From: Amphiscolops sp. MND2022
Lineage: Eukaryota
Assembly (NCBI GenBank): GCA_964187785.1
Contig: OZ076409.1
Location: 10,976,001 to 11,040,000 of the forward strand
Direction: 5' to 3'
DNA length: 64,000 bases
Shown piece after piece: positions 12,001 to 24,000 of this stretch. Below the pieces are notes generated by a model. The model had not been told where the DNA came from and did no database searches. It worked only from the letters and a program-made list of their open reading frames with translations. The position numbers and the translations under genes were made by a program. Every line of letters starts with the position of its first letter. Position 1 is the stretch's first letter.

Positions 12001-15000
12001 TCCAGAACCGCAGGGACATAAAGCGATTAGCCCCTCTCTTCTCAAACTCAACTCCGAAATGCTGGGAGGCGCAGACCTGTTCAGCTATGTCCTCCATCAG
12101 GCAATTGAAGACGTGTTGGAAGATGGCCTGAAACGGAACAAAATTGGATGAATAACATGACGTCACTTTCCTGACCCTTCCCTACCACCTAGTTCAACTT
12201 TTTGGAAAACAACTGAGAGATCTTACCATGATGTGGTCCTCATTCCAATTGAAGTCCTGGAAAGCTGACTGAAACTCAGTGTAACTTCCAACTCTCGCCC
12301 ACAGTTTTCGAAGCAGTGCCAAATCTCCAGAACTTTGGATGAAGTCTCCCAAAAGACATATCTGTGTTCGTAACCGGGACTGTGGAGTGATGGGAGCGGA
12401 AGTGTGGCCTTGCAGATAATCCTCGTAGAATGGATTTCTTTCTCCAACGTCAACGAGCTCCGTGTGTATGAACCTGGGTAACTCATCAGCGAGTTCCTTC
12501 TTACTAAGAATTTTGCCATTCTTCCCCCTGACGCGATGCTGAACTTTCCCAGTCACAAGATCCACTGTTTTGAGGTGTTCATACCTCCACCTCTGGTCTC
12601 GGCGTAAATGTTTTTCGGTCCTGTGATGGCGCAGGATTTCAACGGTGCCCTTGGTTTTTATACTAAAATTCTTTTTACACATGTGGCACCATACCATGTG
12701 TGGATTGTGGAGGGGATCAGAGGGCCCAGAGATAAAAGATCTCGTCCACCCGATTTTGGAAAGAAACTCCTCCCTCATGGGTACGCCTCGTCTGGAAACC
12801 TTTTTCACTTTGGCTGATTTAGCAGTTGTGGTACTTTTTCGGGACCTCTGGGTAGGCGTCCTATTCTGGATCTCAGAGAGGGTAATGTCGAGGCTACCCT
12901 TTTCACCTGTCTCAGCTCCCTCCTCAGAAGAATCTTTTGGCTGCGCTGGCTGGGGCGTTTGAGGAGAACCCCTGGGATCTGAGAGTCTGGTTGATGAGAG
13001 CCATTTCAGTAGAACTGTCACTCTCGTTGGGATCAAGGAAATCACTGACGTTCTGGAGCAGACTCATGTCAGTTTGTGACTCATATCCTGACCCGAATTC
13101 AGTCAAAGTTCCTTCAGAACCGGATCTAGCAGGTAAATTGGGACCAGGAGTGGACGAGCGGGCCCGGATCTGAAACTTTTCTGTCCTCGAGGGGGCTGTT
13201 GCGGGTGTTCCTCTGACAGCTCCAATTACCATCCTTTCCATGGTCGAACAAGTCATGTTGATGGCCTCATCGGTTAAAACCCGGAGCAAGTGGTAAACTT
13301 GTGGCTCAGTAAATGCGACGACTCTTTGTCCGACCGGGAAGGTGTAAGGGTCCTCGGTCTCGAAGTACTGCTTCAAGGTGGCTCGACTTCGCCCTGACAA
13401 ATCTCGCAAGGTGTCGTTTTGACCTGATTGGCCAGATCTAGATGTGCCAGGTTGGCCCGGATCGTGAACTTCTGAGCCTGATTCACCTCCAGTTTCTGAT
13501 TGCTGTGTAGAGTCAAAAGGGTTCATAGCATATAATGGGGGGCACTCAGCTTGACTGATGTTTTCTGATGTTTGATTGGCATCACTGAACTCACCAATAT
13601 CTTCAACTTGGTCTTTCCTCCCAGGAAGTGGAGGAGGTTCTATGATAGAAGAGGAGGCATCCCCTTCAGACTGTAAGAATGGGACTTCAGACATCCCTTG
13701 TGTCTGATCTTGGAGGACTTGCAACTCGAGAAACCCTGTGCTCATCATCGGCGCCACTGAAAGCGAGGATTCAAGTTGGGTGAGACTATCTACTGAAGTC
13801 CCTGGCTGATTTGGTGGATTAGGTGTGCCAGATCGTACAAATTCAGCACCCTGGACTGCAATTTGGACTAATTGGCCTTGGGCCGTAATAGGACCCTCTT
13901 CAACGTTACTAGCAGAATCGGCTTCAGTAAGTCCTTGTATGGTCTCCATCCTCTGGGACTCCTGATTTGCATAGGCGGTGACATCGGCATTGCTCTCATT
14001 GTGGAAGGAAGAGTCTACAGTCATATGCTCGGTTTGTCCACGGGCAGCCCTGATTGGAGGGAAAGGAGGCGGTGAAGGATTAACTCCAGGAACATATCCA
14101 GACGTGAAAATGGGGACTGGGCGTTGAATAGCCCCGGCAGAATTGTCAGTTGTGTTGGTGGTTTGAACTTGAGGTTCATCAGGATTCTGGTTATCTAAAC
14201 AGAAAGAGATGAAATTTGGCGGTAAGCTTCCTTGAAAGAAATCCATTACGCCGCATTAGAAAACTTCCGGAAGTGTTTTGAAAATTTGAATGAAACGGTT
14301 TATCACGTGTTCATTAGTAGATACAGGAAGCGTTTTGTGAACAAATTCGACCTTGATCAAGTTGAACTAGTTCAAACTAGGAGAAAATCAAACCAACCTG
14401 TATTAGAAGACATTCTGTTGAAACGGCCCACTTGGATACAGTTCCGATTCGGACGTTGTTGAAAAGGGGGAATTAGAAGTGCTCGGGGATGAAGCAAGGG
14501 GAAAGAATCTGCGATGAAGCAGGACGTGGTCCGATGCAGGCACCGAGACGAAATTGACGATGAAGATGAAGATGAAGATTAAATTGCAAATGAAAGGATA
14601 AACGGAACAATAATTGGAATTAAATCAGGAATTGAATGAGTAAAAGAATTACTAAAAGTTGGAGTTCGTGGCTGAAGATTATTACCAGACTAATATTATG
14701 GGATTATCTACATATTTATTCTGTACATGGAGTCTGCCAGCGAAGTGTACAAAAACTTTGTTATTTACAGCTTACTTAGTTAGTGGCCTATTCCGGCCGT
14801 TTGACCAGTTGCACTTTATCGTTTCGTTCAGTTATCTTAGTTATTCTTAGTTAGAAAATCCGCCATTTTGAATTATTTTGATTTGTTATTTTCGCCATTT
14901 TTTTATTTAATTTTTCAATTATCAGAGCTTAACTCTGATTGGCTGAAGCCATGTTGGAAGTATTTAGCGACGCGTGCTGTTAATTGTTCTGAAGCAAGCC

Positions 15001-18000
15001 GTTAATTACCTACTAGAGGTGAAGATATTTGATATCAACAACTTAAGTGCTGCTTACACCTACTTTGATGATGGCTTTGATGAAGGACAAACATCAAACC
15101 AATCGGAGCCGCCAACCCCGTTTAGGAATTCCATTCAGAAAAGTTTACGATGAATCGGGGCAATCAACCTAAGATTCTCCCGCTAAATTGGAAACTTCGG
15201 GAAAAGTCCTAACTCGGAATTTGGGGAGGTGATAAGCTCATTCTGATTTCAAACCCGCTCACGACAAGTTGACTAGAAAACCTTCAAAATTGCAAAAAAA
15301 CTGATAATGGAGAAATTCAACAAAGCGAGAAAGCTCTTTGGTTCTCTTGACTTTAGCTCGGACTCATCAAATAACTCTGTAATCTATATCAGTAGCGACG
15401 AAGAAACATCCGAAGGATGGGACTCAGATTGGTCAACGGACACAGAGGAGCTGGTGAGGAGAGTTGAAACTCAAGTCCAAGCCCGGCCAATACCCATAGC
15501 AGGAAGAAAACTAACTATGGCAAGTGATGAGCCTGGCCCCAGTACTGTGCCGCCCAACATGCAGACCACGCCAAAGCTAGACAAGAAATACTTTGATGAG
15601 AAACTTTGCTATGCTCCAACTAGAGGCAACACAAAAAGGAGGATAGAACTGTGCAAGACGATTCTGCCAGTTCTAGAGTCTCCACTATCTCCCCCTGCCC
15701 ATGAGAGGGGGCCGTCAATGCACACGCCGCTATTACAGCCTGAAAACAGTGGATTTCACGCCTCTTTCCATATTCAGAATGCGCTTCCTTACACGGACAT
15801 CAGTACCCAGAGGTGTACGAGTTGCATGGTCTGTGGAAAGTCAGTAGACGAAATAAAGGCAATAAAAGTGACTCGCTATATGGAAGCTTCAACGCCTAGA
15901 AGCGAACCGGCGTACATAACAGCTCTCAGAAAGGAGGCTTACATCAACGGCCTCAATGCTGGCAGTCTTCTTTTCATCGCACCCGCTGTGTCGCAGGCTG
16001 CCGCCAGTGACGGAACTAGAATTTCAACAACAGCTGTTGGCCAAGATGTGGCTCCTGGGACCCTACCCATTTATTAAAAGTAAACTGAAACTTTTCTTTA
16101 AACTTTTTCATTGTTTATGTATCTTGTTGCCTTGTTATTTTAAAAACTACCCGAAAGGGCCGTACTGGGACATATTCCCTATTACCGAACCAAAAATGTG
16201 CTTGTTATTTATTTACAGACAACCTTAGTTTTGAATGTTAATTGTATATTAGTCCGTTAACATAGATTGTGTTGTGCTGTTGTTTTGTAAATGCAATAAA
16301 GTATTAATCGGAGATAATAGCAATCAACTTAGAGAAAGTACGGAAACGTGTTCAAATGGTCCTCTGTACTTTCTTGCTAGCGTCACTTGCGCTCACTCTA
16401 TTAGCCAATCAGATGCCTTCATTTTGTACGCTTTATTCTCTTTTACCGATTATGGCCTTTGTACAATCTGGACGAGTGTGCTACTAATGCCGTTCAGGCA
16501 GACGGTCTGATCCGGCTATTTAGTCTACAATGAACATAGCACTTGTATTTAATGGTAATTCCATGTAGTAATATTTATTTAGTAGTAGGCTTTGTTGATC
16601 ATGAAGTACCAATTTGAAGTGCTATTTAATGCTTTGTTGTGTTATTAACAAATAATTGCCCGATTTTGCTCTAGTACAACCCTGTTGCATGAAATTTGAT
16701 GTTTTTGCCTTAACAGGCCTTTTGCCATTGTACCCATGAAAGGTATTTAGACTAAACATATTTGTTGTGCTGCCATGTGCTAAAGTATGTGCACTTACAT
16801 CAACAAATACCTGTTCAATGAAAATATTTTGCCAAATATGTAAACGATGCTAACGGTTGAATGATTGTTCCTTTGATGTATAATATTTGGAATGGATAGC
16901 GTTCATCCCGTGCCCATCAGGAATGCAGTCATATGATATTGTCTTAGTCAAAGAATGTAAAGAATGAGAGTGTCACTCTTTCGGGGGTATATATACCCGT
17001 GCCTTTGAGAGAGGAGACACTTCTTAATTTGCTCTCTTCTGAAAAGACTATCATATTAGTACAAACGGTTTCACTGTTATTTTCGAGATATAATCTAATT
17101 CAATTTTATACTCGAAGTTTTCCTTATGCCTACTACGAGAAAACAAAAGAAGGCTAGAAAGTCCAGAGGACTAGAGATCCTTTCTGATATTGAAAATCTA
17201 GATATAATGTTAGGAGGCGATCGTTACAATGGAACTGAAAGAGAAAGGAGTTTAGACAGTAACTCCGTTAGAAGGAGAGAAAGTATCATGAGTAATAACT
17301 TAGACAACGAGGACGAAAGCCTGTTTTCAAATTGTAGAAATGATGAACCTAGGACAAGTGCCGATCTTGGTCAAAACTCAGCTGAAGCAAACTCACTAGC
17401 TGAGATAAACAGGTTGTCAAGCGAATTAAACTCTAGGATATCCCGTGAGATGGATGAAATGATGAATAATGTTGGTACACAGATCCAGAGGGCCATCAAT
17501 GAGGCTATTAACAGTCAAGTATTGCCTCAAATACAGAATGTCATAATGGCCGGATCAGGTCGAGAGACCAGAAGGGGATGGGAAGTCCCAGTTGAGAGAT
17601 CGGAAGCAAATGCCGAGGAACAGCGGATCCAAAACGCTAAAGCCGACTGTAGAAATGAACAACATGATGGATACCGTTCAGGTGGACCATCTACCCGTCA
17701 TGTTCATGACAGGTCCTATTCATTATTCCAGCCAATATTGATCTTATTCTATTTTCAAACTAAACCAGTTGGAACGATTTTTCTTCTTCAAATTCTTGAA
17801 ATCCATCGATGGGCTATCGATGGCTATCGCTGGGAATTTTGACCTTTAATGCCCATCGATGCTCTCCTATATTTTAATTTCATTATTGATGGTTCGAACC
17901 ATCAATAATGAAATCGAAACATCGAGAGCATCGATGGGCATTTGAGGTCGATGGGATTTCGATTGAAAAATGATATCAAAACCCTCAATTCGTTTGAGAA

Positions 18001-21000
18001 TTTCGAGATTTTGTATGAAAAACCCCATATTGATACTTGCGTTTTTGATCTGAAACAATCGTTATCATAAAACTTTTGTGAATGACATGTCGAATTTGAG
18101 ACATGAAATGTTTGTTTCAGTTCATCAGTCTACACCGGACAGAGTACCTGAGTTTCAACGTGACCTTCGTGTTCACAGAGGGCCACAGCTACTTCAAGGT
18201 AGCCCGGATTTACTTCACTTCCCTCCCCATGGAGTACTTCTATTCCCAATTCGGAAGAGATTCAGACGATGCCCGGGACGTCTCTCTTTACTCTCCAAAA
18301 ATCAGGACCGAACTCATTCAACTATACGTGCCCGGTAATTTACCTTTCCGGACCATATGTCTCACCCCCCCCCCCTCAAGTACACCTTGCTTCGAATTAA
18401 CTGCCACACCCCCAACACAAAAGCACATTTTGTTTTTTGATAAAAATATTTCACTAATAGGAGATTATATTAATGTAAATACTTGGAGAAGTGTCTTTGC
18501 AGCTATTTTGACACTTCCAGCAAAAAATAACCCTGTTTATTCAATACTATTGTCCAAAATAGCAAAAATTCACGCTTGGAACAAGCTAAAATCGTATAAA
18601 AAAGTCCCCATTTCAACGCAAATTTTCTCCGCGATAAAATCGAATGACCAACTTTTAACTGGCAGTCAATTTTTAAAAAGGATTATGTCGACATTAATTA
18701 TTTATTTATTGAACCAAAATTTTTACGCAAATGATGTCGACATAATGGAATTTGAACCTTGTGTCTTACTTCCCCACGCAACCGCTTGGGGGGATTGGGA
18801 ATAAGACACACGGTCAATCTTTCCTTCCTCAATTCTTGATGGTGTGCAAAGTTTCATTTGCAAGGAGGGTTTCGACATTGTTAATTGTTTTCGGTAATCT
18901 CGGTAATCCGCTAACTTTCAAATCGCTATTTCGCTGAAAAAGCATTTTCTAACCATTAAATGTTTGACTTCAAGTATATTTTAAAATTGAATGTTATCTC
19001 AAATTGGTTTTTGCAAGAATAAAAGAGTGCGTTTTTCAAGAGTGAAAATAGAAATTTTGCGGAAATCATTTTCAAACTCTGTTTATACTGAAAAAAAGTT
19101 TTAAAAATTGAAATTGGACATTCTATTGGTTGCTGCTAATTTGATTAGCTGATGAAATCGCTGAAAATTCCTGCGCGCCCGCTAATTCGCTAAATCGCTA
19201 TTTAGCGGCGTCAAAACTCTGTTCGGAAAACTTAATTTTAACTGAATAAGATTTCATAAACACGTGGATTTATTGTTCATCGATTACAAACTTCAAATAG
19301 AAACATTGGAATCTAAGTTTTTTGGGTCGGATTTTCACACTTTTTTGTTAGGATTTTTACAAAAGCTTGTTTCTTTACGAATTGATTTCAGATAACGAAA
19401 TCTGGTGGAAATATCCAAGCTCCTAAACTTTGAAACTGTTGTAGCACCATACTTTTCAACAATTAATAATTAGGAATTGATCCAAAGGTACAATCATCTA
19501 GAATTCAAAATGCCCAATACAATCATTTGAAAATACGCCGCGGGGGAAATAAGACACAAGGTTCAAAAACTATTATGTCGACATCGTTTGCCTTGAAATT
19601 TTGGTCCGATAAAATAATTGATGTCGACATAATCCTATCTTTTACATTGACTGCCAGTTAAAAATTCCTCATTAGCTTTTATCGCTTTTATCGAGAAAAT
19701 TTGCGTTGAAATAAGTGCCTTTTCATACTACTTTAGCTTGTTCCAAGTGTGAATTTTTGCTATTTTCCACTATAATATCAAAAATTAGGGTTGTTTTTTT
19801 GCTAGAAGTGTCAAAACAACTGTAAAGACAATCTGCTAAGTATTTACGTTCTCCTAATAGTGAAATACTTTTATTGAAGAACAAAATGTGTTTTCTTGTT
19901 GGGGGATTCGAAGCAAAGTTTACCTGGGGGTAAATAAGTAAATAAGGCATATGGTCCAATATATCTGCCAAAATTTCATCGAGAAGGAAGTTTTATGAAC
20001 TGTCCACGTGTTTGCCCAGTGTAAAAAATCTTGAAATTCTTGGCAAGGATCTTGCAAATTCCTGAAACCCGTGGTAAGAATCTTGGCAAGATTCTTGTAC
20101 GATCTTGCAAAATCTTGCCAAGAACTTCAAGAAAAATGCCTAATTTTTCGACTCAAAAAACGAAAACGCACAAAAAGCGTTTTGGTACAAGAAATCTTTC
20201 AGGCAAAACCAAGAATTTTGTCAAGAAGTCCAAGAAAATCCAAGAATCTTGCCAAGAAATCTGGGAAAACCCAAGAATAAGCGGGAAGGGCAAGATATTA
20301 TTGGATGATCATGAATGAAAATGCCTGAAAAAGCCTTATTTTGATAAAAGTAATGCTCGTAAGCACCACTAAAATAGAGAATTCGTGAACTGAAATTAGT
20401 ATACTGTATTAGTATGCTACAGTTCCACGTCTAAAAAAGACGATATGTCAATTGGTACCAAACTTTGTTTTCTATTATTACAACGTTATCAATCTGATTG
20501 AACAATTGGCTCCAAAATACTTTTGGAAAGTTTCCCTGATTACATCTTTGATATTTTTCCATATTTCCTCAGGAAAGTTTATTATAAACAAAATTCGTTC
20601 CATACGTTCGCTCCTGGTTGGTGTTTGATGAAATGCATAAATTATCACAGACTTGCTACATACAGTTTTCACCTCCCGGATTTCTTGACAAGAATCTTGC
20701 CAAGATTCTTGTCAAGAATTTCAAGATTTTTTAACGGTCCAAGATAATTCAAGATTTTATCAAGGGTTTCAAGAGGTAACGGGAATTTGTGGGAAAATCC
20801 AAGATCTTGGCAAGAGTTTCAAGATATTTTACACTGGGTAATCATTCGTGTAACTTTTTAAATCAAGCAAGTTGCCATCGCTTTTAGAGTCTTCATGCAG
20901 CAATTTGATTGACATCCACAATCTAACAGTGACCAACCCCTGTCAACTGACTGCTTCTTCCCACAAAGACAAGCTCACATACCCCACAACAGCCAGTAAC

Positions 21001-24000
21001 CTGTTCAACGAAAAAGGTACCGAGATCCCTTTCAATTCAAACATTATATATTATGTACATCATCAGATGAGCAGTTGAGAAAACAAAGTGTAAATACAAA
21101 GTGATCGTGTCGGTGATGATGTGGAATTTAGTTTCAAATTTAAATGCAGTAGTGGAAAATGCAGTGTAACTGTACATTATTTAACACCCAAAGTTCACTG
21201 AATTTACTAGGTTTTTTCAAAAAATTACCCCGCATGCAGGCCTGCAGCATTTAAAAAGTTCCTGCAGTTTTACCTAGGGTATACATTTGAATCGAAACCG
21301 CAGTAACTGCGATTATTCCATTCTAATGCTGCACTTTTGATTCCGCAATCAGATTCGATTACTACAGGGTTTGGATCTGAGTCTTCGAGTAGGAAAAAGA
21401 ATACTTCAGGAAAACCAGTTTGATGTATTAATGTACCAAAAAATTGATGGGGTAACAAACCTGAACGGAGAAACCATCACCTCAAACTTTTTGAAATTCT
21501 AAATTCAAACCATGAAAATTATTTATTTCGAAAAATATTTATTAGTGGCTTTTGTGTAGATTCTTCTTTATTGATTCTGATTTTTTTCTGAAAAACAGTA
21601 AGGCTGTTCAGCTTGCAAGGATTTTTCGTCTCTGCGGGTTAACTTCAACAGACTTAACCCTTCAAAGTCTCCGACCTAGCTACATTTTGGGATCGCAGAC
21701 TCCACATTGCGTCTGGCATTAAGGAAAGCCGAACAAACTTTCGATTGTCAATGAGTGTCAATTAAAGCAGACTGACATAATCAAAACCAAACCTATCCGG
21801 GAAACTCCCAAGAACTTTTGTAAATGAAATTCTGCTATAATTTCTTCACAAAAACTATTTAGCCTTAAACTAGCCTGTCAAGCTTTTAGAAAAGTTAACT
21901 ACTTCTGGGGTTAAGACTCAGCACTTGTTGGAACGAATTCTGAAACTCAGGCAGAGCTTGTGCGCATATCAAACGGTGTGTCATGGTTTAACAGTAAAAA
22001 GTGGTTTATAAGTCTTACTAAATCACGGCAATTTTCGCGTGTGACTGCCAAAACTGCCGCAACACCTGGATGCGTTTAATGAAACATAGGGAGAAATCCC
22101 TCCAGTTAATCTGGGAATCCACAAAACAACAACAACAACAACAACAACATAGCTGTTTGATCCTAAGTGTGTATTTTTAAAGCAGGACGCTTCACTAGAC
22201 AGTAAAAAGTTGTTTGCTGTATGATTTGTGGTAGTTTGTTTGCCGTAGCTTGACAAAACTAAATACTGAAACAAGCCGGGAACGGACCAAGTCGGCGCCC
22301 CGTTAAGGTTCAAAAAATTTAATGTTTTTTAAATATGTAAAAGGAGACTCTTGCTAAAATTCATCAATTTTACAGTGCCAAAAACTACTCGAAGAGATAC
22401 TCATTAGACTCGCGAAAATCACCTTTTCCCATCTGGAAACAGTGAAACACCCATCTCGCTCAACTGAAAACCTCTCAAAAAACGAAAGCTGGGATTTTTT
22501 TCGAAATTTCTTCACCTAAAATGTCTCCTATAAGTCGCATAGTGCCGAAAACCCTAAGAACGAGACCCTTTGGGGTTTTTTGACATCCATTCTGTTGCAA
22601 AATTTGAAGAAAAATTATTGAAGGGGGACGGTTTGGAGACATTAAAAAATTTTCGAAAAGAAGTCTCACAAAGCCGAAAAAGGGGAAAAGTCTCATAGTG
22701 GAAAATGAAAAAAAATGGAAAGGGAAGCCTTCTGCTTCAGAATGGTTTTGTATCTAACGCCAGAGGCTTTGGATGCGTCCAAAATGAAGTACTAAATACT
22801 TATAGTAAGAGTTCATAACGCACAAAAAGTGGACCAATCGCGTTGAATTGATGAAAAACAAAAACTGGCCACAGTAAGAGTCGTGTTTTTTCTTCGAAAA
22901 CGCCGACTAAAAAGGAGTGAAAGTTTGTCATGAAATGTCATCTGAAATGGGTATTCGCCCCCACAGGTTTCGTCTCGAGCAACTGGGGTGGCCAGTACGC
23001 GATTGGTCAGGTCTTCAGGGTAGCGCTTTTGGAAGACCACTTCGTGTCTCGGATCTACGTGTCCCTCAACACCAGTGTGAGCAAGTTCCGTCTGCGCTAT
23101 TCTCTGGATGACGAGGGCCAGTTCTGGAGACCTTACGAGGAACTGGAAGTCTGGAGAGAGGTTAGAGCTGGAAGCAAAGTTGTGGAGATAGTTTTGCTTC
23201 ACATAACAAACTTAACACTTCCCTAGTTGAAAAAATTCACACCTTTTGCAAAATTCGTACAAAAACTCTTGTAAGAAAATGCATTATTTGACTCTAACTC
23301 TCACAAGATTCTTGCGAATTTTGCGAATTTCAGCTAAAAATGGTACAAAAATGTATGAATTTTACAAGACTTTTACAAATTTTGCATCGTTGGACTTGAG
23401 GAAATACCGAAAAAAGTCATTACAACTTACAAATATCCAATGAAGCAATGCCTTTTCCTTTTTTAAAAGTAGATTTGCTGCCTGCTTTTGAGATCGTTAT
23501 TTTTTTCCGTTAATAGCTAAACCGCTGGTTTCGAAACCGTGGAACTTCGCTGAAAAACTTTTTCTTCAAATTATCAAAACTTTGACTTTAAGTAAGTTGT
23601 AAAATTGAATGAAAGTTTAGTTCAGTTTTTGTGAAAAAGCCTGAAATTTTTCGTATTGTGTCGTTTTTACGAAGGTAAGAGTCTGAATTTTTCCAAATTC
23701 ACTTTGAGCCTCCGTGCTTACTCAGATGAAATTTTGAACTGGGACAATCTGTTAATTGCCGCCAATTTGAATCGCTAATAGAACAGCTGAAAAAATTCCG
23801 AATGGGCGCTAATTCGCTGAATCGCTAGTTAGCGGTGTCAAATCTCTGATTTGATGACTCATGGCATGCAAAATCAATGCAAAATACGCTGACCTGGTTG
23901 TTTATATTTTCAACCTTAAAATCATATTGTTCCTTTTTTAGGGGTGTGCGATTAATTGATATTTCATTGAAAACCAATGAATTCATTAATTCATTGGTTT

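Larger units (their letters stand above)
1725..17711 (+). mobile_element. Full-length Ty3/Gypsy LTR retrotransposon with extra genes (15,987 bp)
   Basis: Direct repeats 1725-3447 and 15989-17711; termini TGTC...GACA; 5-bp TSD GGTCC at 1720-1724 and 17712-17716; PR-RT-RH-IN domain order. Confidence 0.97.

Noticed and set aside
9994..16077. env gene in the post-pol region
   Set aside because: Main ORFs are antisense and spliced; the sense ORF shows no signal peptide, furin site or TM anchor.
18335..18804. C-terminal part of the 233-aa ORF 18103-18804
   Set aside because: Read-through from a real exon past its donor into a MITE.
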